This document shows, one piece after another, positions 21,224 through 31,692 of a stretch of DNA of 64,000 nucleotides. Within the stretch, counting starts at the first letter, position 1; each line of letters begins with the position of its first letter. The position numbers and the translations under genes are program-made. Location of the stretch: assembly GCA_028826165.1 (NCBI GenBank), contig JAPDFW010000125.1:682001-746000 (forward strand), given 5' to 3'. Origin of the DNA: Anaeramoeba ignava BMAN (lineage: Eukaryota; Protista; Anaeramoebae). Under the pieces are notes generated by a model that saw only the letters and a list, made by a program, of their open reading frames with translations, made no database searches and was not told the origin of the DNA.

Positions 21224-23041
21224 TTAGAAAATTAAACATTTTTCTTTCTTTTTTTGATTATTAAATTTGTTAATTAATAAATCAAATAAATTTGGATTTG
21301 TTTGATTTAATTGAAAATAATCAATTTTTATTTCAATTTCATTAATAATTTCTTTTGTAATTTGAATATCTTCTTTAATTTGATTTGAATAAATCCAATA
21401 TTCAAATATTTGAAATGATTTATTACTTAATTCACTATAATCTGTAACTTTATTAGATTTATCTTCAGTTACAGATAAAAACATTCCTCGATATAATTCA
21501 CTTCTCATTATTAATATTAATTTTGGAAATTTATATTGTTTTTCTTTTCTTTCAATAATAAAATCATTTTCATTTTCATTTTCATTTTCATTTAAATAAA
21601 TTCTTTTCATTGTTTCTTCTATTTTTTCATTTAAATTTATAATTTCTTTAATTTCATAATATAATTTTGGATTTATTATTTTATTTGAATAAATCATTTC
21701 AAATATTTGATTTGATTCTTTAATTGATTTTTTTGAAATAATTTCTTGAAGTTTTTCAATTTGGTTTTCATTTTCATTTTGATTTAATCTATATTTCAAT
21801 ATTAATTTATGAGCTTCGATTATTTCTCCATTTTCTGTTTTAAATGAAATATCACAAAATTCTTTTCTTTCAAATAATTTTATCAAATCTTCTTCAAGAT
21901 TGGAAAAAGGAGGAGAATAATAAAGAAATGAATTGTAATATCCACAATAAACATGATAATTGGAAATATTTTCATTAAATCTTAATTTAGGAAGTTCAAT
22001 TTGAATAGGAATTCTTTGATTTTTTGTATCTCCAATTCCTAACTCACCAGAATTATTATTCCCAAAACCTATCAATTTATTATTGGAAGTTAAAATCAAA
22101 TTATGAAAAGTTCCAACAGAAAAATCAAGAATATTATCATTATCATTTTCAAATAAAGATGATTTGATTTCAGTAAATTCATAAGTATCTTGATATTTGC
22201 CAAGTCCATTGAAAAAATATCTACCACATGAATAAAGTTTTCTTTTTGGATTTTCATTTTCATCTTCATTTTCATTTTCAATCAACATTATTGAATGACA
22301 ATATCCACATTGAATATCAATTATTTTACCTTTTGGAATATTTTGTATTTGAGTTAATTTTTGGATATATGTTTCTTCTTTTCTTGATTCTCCTAATCCA
22401 ACTTGACCAAATTCATTATTTCCACATCCAAATAATTCTTGATTTGAATTTAAAAGGAAAATACAAGTTGAAGAAAATCCTGAAAATATTTTAGAAACAT
22501 TTTTCATCATTAAAATTGGTTTTTCTGTTTTTGGAAGTGTTTCAGAATCAAAACCAAGTTGACCATATTCATTTGAACCAATTCCATAAACATTTTGATT
22601 TGAAGTTAATAAATAAATTGAACACCATGAACAAGCAATATCTTCAATTATTCTATCATTTGTATCTTCAATTAATGATGAAATATTGTTAAATTCTTTT
22701 GGATTTTTTGGATTAATATAATATCCTTTGGCAAATACATTTCCTTCTTTTGTTAAAATAGCTTCATTTCGAGAACCAACAGATACTTTTTGAATATTTT
22801 CTTCAATTTGGATTTTTCGGAGATTTCTATTTGGATTTGGATTTAAATATTCTATTGCTTTTCCATTTTCGAAAAGGAAAATTGTTGAAAATTCACCTGA
22901 TGAAATTTGTTTAATTTGTTTTTCATTTTCATTTTCATTTTCATTTTCAAATTTAAATTGAATTGGTTTTGTTATTTTTTGTGGTTTATTTTTGAAAAGT
23001 TTTGGGTATTGATTTGAACCAAAAAATAAACAATCATTCAT
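21224..23041 (-). CDS. R10: RCC1 + tandem BTB protein with CaaX (CLIF)
   Basis: Same architecture; tail identical to R9. Confidence 0.92.
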   Translation of the reverse strand: MNDCLFFGSNQYPKLFKNKPQKITKPIQFKFENENENENEKQIKQISSGEFSTIFLFENGKAIEYLNPNPNRNLRKIQIEENIQKVSVGSRNEAILTKEGNVFAKGYYINPKNPKEFNNISSLIEDTNDRIIEDIACSWCSIYLLTSNQNVYGIGSNEYGQLGFDSETLPKTEKPILMMKNVSKIFSGFSSTCIFLLNSNQELFGCGNNEFGQVGLGESRKEETYIQKLTQIQNIPKGKIIDIQCGYCHSIMLIENENEDENENPKRKLYSCGRYFFNGLGKYQDTYEFTEIKSSLFENDNDNILDFSVGTFHNLILTSNNKLIGFGNNNSGELGIGDTKNQRIPIQIELPKLRFNENISNYHVYCGYYNSFLYYSPPFSNLEEDLIKLFERKEFCDISFKTENGEIIEAHKLILKYRLNQNENENQIEKLQEIISKKSIKESNQIFEMIYSNKIINPKLYYEIKEIINLNEKIEETMKRIYLNENENENENDFIIERKEKQYKFPKLILIMRSELYRGMFLSVTEDKSNKVTDYSELSNKSFQIFEYWIYSNQIKEDIQITKEIINEIEIKIDYFQLNQTNPNLFDLLINKFNNQKKKEKCLIF

Positions 23042-23083
23042 TTTTGAAAAGAAAAAAATGAAAAATTAAAAATGAAAATAATT

Positions 23084-24871
23084 TTAATTTTGATTATTAA
23101 ATTTGTTAATTAATAAATCAAATAAATTTGGATTTGTTTGATTTAATTGAAAATAATCAATTCCAGTTTTAATTTCATTAATAATTTCTTTTGTAATTTG
23201 AATTCCTTCTTTAATTTGATTTGAATAAATCCAATATTCAAATATTTGAAATGATTTATTACTTAATTCACTATAATCTGTAACTTTATTTGATTTATCT
23301 TCTGTTACGGATAAAAACATTCCTCGATATAATTCACTTCTCATTATTAATATTAATTTAGGGAATTTATATTGTTTTTCTTTTCTTTCAATTATAAAAT
23401 CATTTTCATTTTCATTTAAATAAATTCTTTTAATTGTTTCTTCAATTTTTTCATTGGAATTTATAATTTCTTTAATTTCAGAATATAATATTTGATTTAT
23501 TATTTTATTTGAATAAATCATTTCAAATATTTGATTAGATTCTTTAATTGATTTTGTTGAAATAATTTCTTTAAGTTTTTTATATTGATTTTGATTTTGA
23601 TTTAATCTATATTTCAATATTAATTTATGAGCTTCAATTATTTCTCCATTTTCTGTTTTAAATGAAATATCACAAAATTCTTTTCTTTCAAATAATTTTA
23701 TCAAATCTTCTTCAAGATTGGAAAAAGAAGGAGAATAATAAAGAAATGAATTGTAATATCCACAAGAAATATGATAATTGGAAATATCTTCATTAAGTCT
23801 TAATTTAGGAAGTTCAATTTGAATAGGAATTCTTTGATATTTTGTATCTCCAGTTCCTAATTGACCATATCTATTACTTCCAAATCCAATTAATTTCCCT
23901 TTCATTGTTAAAATCAAATTATAGTTATCACCAACAGAAAAATCAAGAATATCATCATTTTCAAATAGAGATGATTTGATTTCAGTAAATTCATTTGTAT
24001 TTTCATTTTCATTTTCATTTTTCTCAAGTCCATTATATTGATAATATCCGCATGAATAAAGTTTTCTTTTTGGATTTTCATTTTCATTTTCAATCAACAT
24101 TATTGAATGATACCATCCACATTGAATATCAATTATTTTACCTTTTGGAATATTTTGGATTTGGGTTAATTTTTGGATTTGTGTTTCTTGTTTTCTTGAT
24201 TCTCCTAATCCAAGTTGGCTATCTCTATTATTACCACATCCAAATAATTCTTGATTTGAATTTAAAAGAAAAACATGATTTGAGGAATTTCCTGAAAATA
24301 TTTTAGAAACATTTTTCATCATTAAAATTGGTTTTTCTGTTTTTTTAAGTTTTTCAGAATCAAAACCAAGTTGACCATATTCATTTGAACCAATTCCATA
24401 AGCATTTTGATTTGAAGTTAACAAATAAATTGAATTAGCACCAGAAACAATATCTTGAATTATTCTATCATTTGTATCTTCAATTAATGATGAAATATTG
24501 ATAAATTCTTTTGGATTATCTGGATTAATATCTTCTCCTTTGGCAAATACATTTCCTTCTATTGTTAAAATAGCTTCATTTTGCCAACCAACAGTTACTT
24601 TTTGAATATTTTCAATTTGGATTTTTTGAAGGTGTGGATTTGAATAATGTGAATGTTCTATTGCTTTTCCATTTTCAAAAAGGAAAATTGTTCCAAAATA
24701 ACCTGATGAAATTTGTTTAATTTGTTTTTCATTTTCATTTTCATTTTCATTTTCATTTTCATTTTCATTTTCATTTTCAAATTTAAATTGAATTGGTTTT
24801 ATTATCTTATATGTTTTATTTTTGATAGAATTTGTAAATTGATTTGAACCAAAAAATAAACAATCATTCAT
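23084..24871 (-). CDS. R11: RCC1 + tandem BTB protein, non-CaaX
   Basis: Same architecture; ends FNNQN*. Confidence 0.92.
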   Translation of the reverse strand: MNDCLFFGSNQFTNSIKNKTYKIIKPIQFKFENENENENENENENENEKQIKQISSGYFGTIFLFENGKAIEHSHYSNPHLQKIQIENIQKVTVGWQNEAILTIEGNVFAKGEDINPDNPKEFINISSLIEDTNDRIIQDIVSGANSIYLLTSNQNAYGIGSNEYGQLGFDSEKLKKTEKPILMMKNVSKIFSGNSSNHVFLLNSNQELFGCGNNRDSQLGLGESRKQETQIQKLTQIQNIPKGKIIDIQCGWYHSIMLIENENENPKRKLYSCGYYQYNGLEKNENENENTNEFTEIKSSLFENDDILDFSVGDNYNLILTMKGKLIGFGSNRYGQLGTGDTKYQRIPIQIELPKLRLNEDISNYHISCGYYNSFLYYSPSFSNLEEDLIKLFERKEFCDISFKTENGEIIEAHKLILKYRLNQNQNQYKKLKEIISTKSIKESNQIFEMIYSNKIINQILYSEIKEIINSNEKIEETIKRIYLNENENDFIIERKEKQYKFPKLILIMRSELYRGMFLSVTEDKSNKVTDYSELSNKSFQIFEYWIYSNQIKEGIQITKEIINEIKTGIDYFQLNQTNPNLFDLLINKFNNQN

Positions 24872-24963
24872 TTTTGAAAAGAAAAAAAATGAAAAAAATG
24901 AAAAAAATGAAAAAAATGAAAAAAAAATTTGTTTTCATTTTTCAAAATTATTCAGAACAAAAA
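24872..24963. promoter_or_regulatory. 92-bp divergent promoter between R11 and A2, with TCATTTT motifs on both strands
   Basis: Tandem AAAAAAATG units (TCATTTTTT on -) and TTTTCATTTTTC on +. Confidence 0.55.
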
Positions 24964-27297
24964 ATGGGAACTTCACAATCAACAAAAAAAACATCAAAAA
25001 AAACAACGCAAAAGGAAATGGATATTTGGAAAGCAATCCAAGAAAACAATTTGAAATACTTAAACAAAATTGAAACAATTTCAGAATCAGAATTCCAAAA
25101 TGAAGAAAAATCTATTTTACAATTTGCAATAGAAAACAAAGTTTCTCCTAAAATTATTCAAATTTTGATCCAAAAAGGAATCGATCCAAATTCACCAGAT
25201 AAAATAAAAAGGAATTCTTTACATTTTGCCATAATGAATAATTCAGGAATTGATACTTTGGATGTTTTGATCCGAAACAACGTTTCAATAAATTCAAAAG
25301 ATAAAAAAAAGCAAACCATTTTAGATTATGCAATGATTCATTTAACCAAAAAAGAACAATTCCCAGTTATCAAATATCTTATTAGCAAAGGAAGTGAGAT
25401 CGATTCAAAAGATAAAAAAGGCAAAACACCTTTTCATTTTGCTTGTCAAAACAACTCAATTGAAGTGGTAAAATATCTTGTTGAAAAAGGAGCAGATATG
25501 AACGCAAAAACTAACAAAAATCACACAGCTTTGCATTTTGCTTGCCAAAACAATTCCTTAGAAGTTATTGAATATTTAATTTCAAAGGGGATCGATATCA
25601 ATGAAAAAACTCAAACTGAAGAAAAATACACAAGAAAAGAAAAAACAGCTTTTCATTATGCCTGCAAAAAAAACACTCTCGAAATTATCAAATATCTTGT
25701 TGAAAAAGGAGCAGATATTCATGCCAAAACAAATTTTAATGAAACAGGATTTCATTTTGCTTGTCAATATAATTCTTTTGAAGTTGCCAAGTATCTTGTT
25801 GGAAAAGGTGCTGATATTAATTTTCTAACAACTGGAAATGAAACAAGTCTACATTTTGCTTGTAGAAACCAAAACAAAAATCAATCACTCAAAATTATTC
25901 AGCATCTTGTTGAAAAAGGAATCGATATCAATGCAAAAACAAATGGAAATGGAACAGCATTGCATTTTGCTTGTGAACTCAACCAAGAAAATTCATTTCA
26001 AGTTATCAAATATCTCATTGAAAAAGGACTTGAAATCAACGACAAAAAAAATGGATATGATACTCCCTTGCATTTGGCATGCCAAAAGAATCAAATAATT
26101 GAAGTGATAAAATATCTTGTTGAAAAAGGAGCAGATATCAATGCAAAAACCAAAAATCACGAAATCCCTTTCCATTTTGCTTGTCAAAACAATTCATTAG
26201 AAATTATTCAATATTTCCTTTCAAAAGGGATCGATATCAATCAAAAAACAATTCAGGATAAAACAGGTTTACATTTAGCCTGTGAAAAAGATCCATCTTT
26301 TGAAGTCATTAAGTACTTGATCCAAAACGGAATTGAAGTCAACACAAAAACAAATCTTTATAAAAGTGCATTGCATATTGCTTGCCAAAAAAAGGTTCCA
26401 ATTATGATTACAAAATATCTTATTGAGCAAGGAATTGATATTAACCAAAAAACAATTTATCAAGAAACTCCGCTCGATTTATCAATTAAAAAATCAAATT
26501 TTGATGCAGCTAAATTGCTCTTAATGAACGATGCAAATGTTTTTGAGTTAAAAAAACCCGAGTCAAGGAATAAAATTATTGATTTGCTTCCTCAAGTTTA
26601 TTCTGTAAATGAGGACATGAAAAAATTACTTGATTCAAAAGAATTTACCGATTTTCAAATTGAATGCAATGATAGTTTCCAGATTCCTATTCACAAATTG
26701 ATTCTTTTGCTACGATTCGACAACAATGAACCTCTTTTCGAAAAATTTATTTATGTTTGCAAACAAAAATCAAAAGAAGATGTTGAACTTTCGGTTAATT
26801 TTCTTTACACTGGATTTCCTGATCTCAAACAATTTGAAAAACAAGAAAATTTAGATCTTCTAAAACAAAATCAACAAAAAGTTGAAGAATTTTTCAAAGA
26901 AATTGAATTAGATCCAAAATGGATCAATCAAAAAAAAGGAAGGAAAGGAATATTGAAAGATTTTCATCAATTATATCAACAAGAATCATCAAAAGATTTC
27001 ACAATAATTTTGGATAAACAAAAGGAGATCAAAGTTCATAAATTAATTTTAATATTGAGAAGTGAATTATTTAAGGGAATGTTTATCAAAGTTCAAGATT
27101 CATCTAATCAAGTTTCAGAAACTTCTCAAAAATCATTTGAAACAATCCAACAATTAATTTATTTTCTTTATCATGATGAATTTGATGAAACAAAGCAAAT
27201 CGACCAAAAAACAATTCAAGAAGTTATTGAATTAAAAGATTATTATCAATTAAATCAAAATTCAATTTTAGATTTAGCTTTCTTATCGAAATTTTGA
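24964..27297 (+). CDS. A2: ankyrin-repeat + tandem BTB protein with probable N-myristoylation start (MGTSQS)
   Basis: ORF-track start 24844 overlaps R11; the first ATG after the TCATTT motif is 24964; ankyrin repeats; BTB motifs FTDFQIEC..IHKLILLLRF and KDFTII..VHKLIL. Confidence 0.9.
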   Translation: MGTSQSTKKTSKKTTQKEMDIWKAIQENNLKYLNKIETISESEFQNEEKSILQFAIENKVSPKIIQILIQKGIDPNSPDKIKRNSLHFAIMNNSGIDTLDVLIRNNVSINSKDKKKQTILDYAMIHLTKKEQFPVIKYLISKGSEIDSKDKKGKTPFHFACQNNSIEVVKYLVEKGADMNAKTNKNHTALHFACQNNSLEVIEYLISKGIDINEKTQTEEKYTRKEKTAFHYACKKNTLEIIKYLVEKGADIHAKTNFNETGFHFACQYNSFEVAKYLVGKGADINFLTTGNETSLHFACRNQNKNQSLKIIQHLVEKGIDINAKTNGNGTALHFACELNQENSFQVIKYLIEKGLEINDKKNGYDTPLHLACQKNQIIEVIKYLVEKGADINAKTKNHEIPFHFACQNNSLEIIQYFLSKGIDINQKTIQDKTGLHLACEKDPSFEVIKYLIQNGIEVNTKTNLYKSALHIACQKKVPIMITKYLIEQGIDINQKTIYQETPLDLSIKKSNFDAAKLLLMNDANVFELKKPESRNKIIDLLPQVYSVNEDMKKLLDSKEFTDFQIECNDSFQIPIHKLILLLRFDNNEPLFEKFIYVCKQKSKEDVELSVNFLYTGFPDLKQFEKQENLDLLKQNQQKVEEFFKEIELDPKWINQKKGRKGILKDFHQLYQQESSKDFTIILDKQKEIKVHKLILILRSELFKGMFIKVQDSSNQVSETSQKSFETIQQLIYFLYHDEFDETKQIDQKTIQEVIELKDYYQLNQNSILDLAFLSKF

Positions 27298-27344
27298 AAG
27301 AGTTTATTTTATTTTATTCTAAAAAAAAGGGAAATAAAAGAATT

Positions 27345-29162
27345 TTAAAACATCAAACATTCTTTCTGATCATTTCTATTTCTTTTCTTTTTCTTTCTTT
27401 TCTTTTTTTGAATTGGATTTTGATTTTGATTTTGATAATTAAATTTATTAGTTAATAAATCAAATAAATTTGGATTTGTTTGATTTAATTGAAAATAATC
27501 AATTCCTGTTTTAATTTCATCAATGATTTCTTGTGTAATTTGAATTTCATCTTTAATTTGATTTGAATAAATCCAATATTCAAATAATTGAAATGATTTA
27601 TTACTTAATTCACTATAATCTGTAACTTTATTAGAAGTATCATTTGTTACAGATAAAAACATTCCTCGATATAATTCACTTCTCATTATTAATATTAATT
27701 TAGGAAATTTATATTGTTTTTCTTTTCTTTCAATTATAAAATCTTTTTCATTTTCATTTAAATAAATTCTTTTCATTGTTTCTTCAATTTTTTCATTTGA
27801 ATTTATAATTTCTTTAATTTCAGAATATAATTTTTGATTTGTGTTTCTGTTTAAATAAATCATTTCAAATATTTGATTTGATTCTTTAATTGATTTTTTT
27901 GAAATAATTTCTTTAAGTTTTTCAATTTCATTTTCATAATCTTTTAATCTATGTTTCAATATTAATTTATGAGCTTCAATTATTTCTCCATTTTCTGTTT
28001 TAAATGAAATATCACAAAATTCTTTTCTTTCAAATAATTTTATCAAATCTTCTTCAAGATTGGAAAAAGGAGGAGAATAATAAAGAAATGAAGTGTTTTC
28101 ACCACAATAAATATGATAATTGGAAATATCTTTATTAAATAATAATTTAGGAAATTCAATTTGAATTGGAAAAACTTGAAAACCTTCTAGATTTCGACTT
28201 CCTAATTGGCCAAAAGGGTTATTTCCAAATCCAATTATTTTTCTTTTAGATGTTAAAATCAAAGTATGAGAAAATCCAACAGAAAATTCACGAATATCAT
28301 CATTTTCAAATAAGGGTGATTTGATTTCAGTAAATTCATTAGTATCCTGATCTTTGCCAAGTCCGTTATTATAAGAATTTCCACATGAATAAACTTTCCT
28401 TTTTAGATTTTCATTTTCAATCAACATTATTGAATGATAATAACCGCATTGAATATCAATTATTTTGCCTTTTGGAATATTTTGGATTTTGGTTAATTTT
28501 TGGATTTTTTTTCCTTTTCTTGATTCTCCTAATCCAAGTTGACTAACTTGATTATAGCCACATCCAAATAATTCTTGATTTGAATTTAAAAGAAAAACAA
28601 AAAGACAAGAATTTGATGAAAATATTTTAGAAACATTTTTCATCATTAAAATTGGTTTTTCTGTTTTTTCAAATTCATCAAAACCAAGTTGGCCATATTT
28701 ATTAGAACCAATTCCATAAGCATTTTGATTTGAAGTTAATAAGTAAATTGAATCAATTGAGCAAATAACATCTTGAACTATTCTATCATTTTTATCTTCA
28801 ATTAATGATGAAATATTGATAAATTTATTTGAATCATCTAGATTAATATTTCCTTTTGCAAATACATTTCCTTCTATTGTTAAAATAGCCACATTTCGAA
28901 ACCCAACAGTTACTTTTTGAATATTTTCAATTTGGATTTTTTCAATATTTTGATTTGGATATCTTAAATATTCTATTGCTTCTTTGTTTTCAAAAAGGAA
29001 AATTGTTCGTAAATAATTTGATGAAATTTGTTTAATTTGTTTTTCATTTTCATTTTCATTTTCATTTTCAAATTTAAATTGAATTGGTTTTGTTATCTTT
29101 TCTGTTTGATTTTTGATAAGTTTTGTAAATTGGTTTTGACCAAAAAATATAATTTCATTCAT
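27345..29162 (-). CDS. R12: RCC1 + tandem BTB protein with polybasic tail and CaaX (CLMF)
   Basis: Ends KKKRKKKKRNRNDQKECLMF*. Confidence 0.92.
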   Translation of the reverse strand: MNEIIFFGQNQFTKLIKNQTEKITKPIQFKFENENENENEKQIKQISSNYLRTIFLFENKEAIEYLRYPNQNIEKIQIENIQKVTVGFRNVAILTIEGNVFAKGNINLDDSNKFINISSLIEDKNDRIVQDVICSIDSIYLLTSNQNAYGIGSNKYGQLGFDEFEKTEKPILMMKNVSKIFSSNSCLFVFLLNSNQELFGCGYNQVSQLGLGESRKGKKIQKLTKIQNIPKGKIIDIQCGYYHSIMLIENENLKRKVYSCGNSYNNGLGKDQDTNEFTEIKSPLFENDDIREFSVGFSHTLILTSKRKIIGFGNNPFGQLGSRNLEGFQVFPIQIEFPKLLFNKDISNYHIYCGENTSFLYYSPPFSNLEEDLIKLFERKEFCDISFKTENGEIIEAHKLILKHRLKDYENEIEKLKEIISKKSIKESNQIFEMIYLNRNTNQKLYSEIKEIINSNEKIEETMKRIYLNENEKDFIIERKEKQYKFPKLILIMRSELYRGMFLSVTNDTSNKVTDYSELSNKSFQLFEYWIYSNQIKDEIQITQEIIDEIKTGIDYFQLNQTNPNLFDLLTNKFNYQNQNQNPIQKKKRKKKKRNRNDQKECLMF

Positions 29163-29364
29163 TTTTGAAAAGAAAAAAATGAAAAATGAAAAAAATGAAA
29201 AATGAATTTTAATTTTGATTTTAATTTTAATTTTAATTTTAATTTTAATTTTAATTTTAATTTTAATTTTGATTTTAATTTTAATTTTTATTTTGATTTT
29301 AATTTTGATTTTAATTTTGATTTTAATTTTAATTTTAATTTTAATTTTAATTTTAATTTTAATT

Positions 29365-31155
29365 TTAATTTTGTTTTTGAAATTTGTTAATTAATAAATC
29401 AAATAAATTTGGATTTGTTTGATTTAATTGAAAATAATCAATTCCTATTTTAATTTCATCAATTATTTCTTGTGTAATTTGAATTTCTTCTTTAATTTGA
29501 TTTGAATAAATCCAATATTCAAATATTTGAAATGATTTATCACTTAATTCACTATAATCTGTAACTTTATTAGATTTATCATCAGTTACAGATAAAAACA
29601 TTCCTCGATATAATTCACTTCTCATTATTAATATTAATTTAGGAAATTTAATTTTCTTTTCTTTTCTTTCAATTATAAAATCTTTTTCATTTTCATTTAA
29701 ATAAATTCTTTTCATTGTTTCTTCTATTTTTTCATTGGAATTTATAATTTCTTTAATTTCATAATATAATTTTTGATTTATTATTCTGTTTGAATAAATC
29801 ATTTCAAATATTTGATTTGATTCTTTAATTGATTTTTTTGAAATAATTTCTTTAAGTTTTTCAATTTCATTTTCATAATCTTTTAATCTATATTTCAATA
29901 TTAATTTATGAGCTTCAATTATTTCTCCATTTTCTGTTTTAAATGAAATATTGCAAAATTCTTTTCTTTCAAATAATTTTATCAAATCTTCTTCAAGATT
30001 GGAAAAAGAAGGAGAAGAATAATAAAGAAATGAAGTTAAATACCCACAATAAACATGATAATTGAAAATATCTTCATTAAATCTTAATTTAGGAAGTTCA
30101 ATTTGAATTGGAATTGGCTTATCTTCTGTATCTCCAGTTCCTAATTCACCCGAAAAATTACTTCCAAAACCGAACAATTTACCTTTGGAAGTTAAAATCA
30201 AAGTATGAGAATTTCCAACAGAAATTTCAAGAATATTATCATCATTTTCAAATAAAGATGATTTGATTTCAGTAAATTCTCGGATATGCTGATCTTTGCT
30301 AACACCATTAAACCCCGATCTTCCACATGAATAAAGTTTTCTTTTTGGATTTTGATTTTGATCTTCATATTCAATCAACATTATTGAATTATAGTCACCA
30401 CATTGAATATAAATTATTTTGCCTTTTGGAATATTTTGGATTTTGGTTAATTTACGGATTCTTATTTCTTCTTTTTCTGTTATTGATTCTCCTAATCCAA
30501 GTTGACCAAATTGATTATCACCACATCCAAATAATTCTTGATTTGAATTTAAAAGAAAAACATGATTTGAATTATTTCCTGAAAATATTTTAGAAACATT
30601 TTTCATCATTAAAATTGGTTTTTCAGCTTTTTGAAGTGTTTCATAATCAAAACCAAGTTGACCAAAACCATTTGCACCAATTCCATAAGCATTTTGATTT
30701 GAAGTTAATAAGTAACTTGAATAAACAGAGCAAGCAATATCTTCAATTATTCTATCATTTGTATCTTCAATTAATGATGAAATATTGATAAATTCATTTG
30801 GATTTTTTGGATTAATATTCATTCCTTTGGCAAATACAATCTTTTCTGATGTCAAAATAGCTTCATTATCTGCACCAAGATTTACTTTTTGAATATCTTC
30901 AATTTGGATTTTTTCAGTTTTATTGGAATATTCTGGTCGAAAAAAATCACCTAAAAATTTAATTGCTTTCCCATTTTCAAAAAGGAAAATTGTTGAAAAA
31001 GTGATTTGTGAAATTTGTTTAATTTGTTTTTCATTTTCATTTTCAAATTTAAATCTGGAATCAAATTTAAATTGTGTTGGTTTTGTTATTTTATCTGGTT
31101 CATTTTCAACAAAGTTTGGAACAGAGTTTTTACCAAAAAATAAAATTTCATTCAT
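29365..31155 (-). CDS. R13: RCC1 + tandem BTB protein, non-CaaX
   Basis: Same architecture; ends FQKQN*. Confidence 0.92.
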   Translation of the reverse strand: MNEILFFGKNSVPNFVENEPDKITKPTQFKFDSRFKFENENEKQIKQISQITFSTIFLFENGKAIKFLGDFFRPEYSNKTEKIQIEDIQKVNLGADNEAILTSEKIVFAKGMNINPKNPNEFINISSLIEDTNDRIIEDIACSVYSSYLLTSNQNAYGIGANGFGQLGFDYETLQKAEKPILMMKNVSKIFSGNNSNHVFLLNSNQELFGCGDNQFGQLGLGESITEKEEIRIRKLTKIQNIPKGKIIYIQCGDYNSIMLIEYEDQNQNPKRKLYSCGRSGFNGVSKDQHIREFTEIKSSLFENDDNILEISVGNSHTLILTSKGKLFGFGSNFSGELGTGDTEDKPIPIQIELPKLRFNEDIFNYHVYCGYLTSFLYYSSPSFSNLEEDLIKLFERKEFCNISFKTENGEIIEAHKLILKYRLKDYENEIEKLKEIISKKSIKESNQIFEMIYSNRIINQKLYYEIKEIINSNEKIEETMKRIYLNENEKDFIIERKEKKIKFPKLILIMRSELYRGMFLSVTDDKSNKVTDYSELSDKSFQIFEYWIYSNQIKEEIQITQEIIDEIKIGIDYFQLNQTNPNLFDLLINKFQKQN

Positions 31156-31194
31156 TTTTGAAAAGAAAAAAATGAAAAAAAATTTTTTGGATTT

Positions 31195-31692
31195 TTAATT
31201 TTGATTTTAATTTTAATTTTAATTTTAATTTTAATTTTAATTTTAATTTTAATTTTAATTTTAAATTTAAATTTTAATTTTAATTTTAATTTTAATTTTA
31301 ATTTTAATTTTAATTTTAATTTTAATTTTAATTTTAATTTTAATTTTAATTTTAATTTTAATTTTAATTTTAATTTTAATTTTGATTTAAATTTTAATTT
31401 TAATTTTGATTTTGATTTTAATTTTAATTTTAATTTTAATTTTAATTTTAATTTTAATTTTAATTTTAATTTTAATTTTAATTTTAATTTTAATTTTAAT
31501 TTCAATTTTATTTTTAATTTTAATTTTAATTTTGATTTTAATTTTAATTTTGATTTTAATTTGAATTTTGATTTTGAATTTTAATATTAATTTTAATTTT
31601 AATTTTAATTTTGATTTCAATTTTAATTTTAATTTTAATTTTGATTTTAATTTTGATTTTAATTTTAATTTTAATTTTAATTTTAATTTTAA
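31195..31692 (-). repeat. (TAAAAT)n satellite spacer on gene-sense strand
   Basis: (ATTTTA)n on +; similar spacers at ~29205-29368, 35385-35800, 37590-37980, 39810-39912, 41710-42045. Confidence 0.9.

Noticed and set aside
24844-24963. N-terminal extensions in the ORF track for A2 (also 41670-41762 for R18 and 43864-43914 for R19)
   Set aside because: They translate promoter or satellite DNA; paralog alignment and the TCATTT motif point to downstream ATGs
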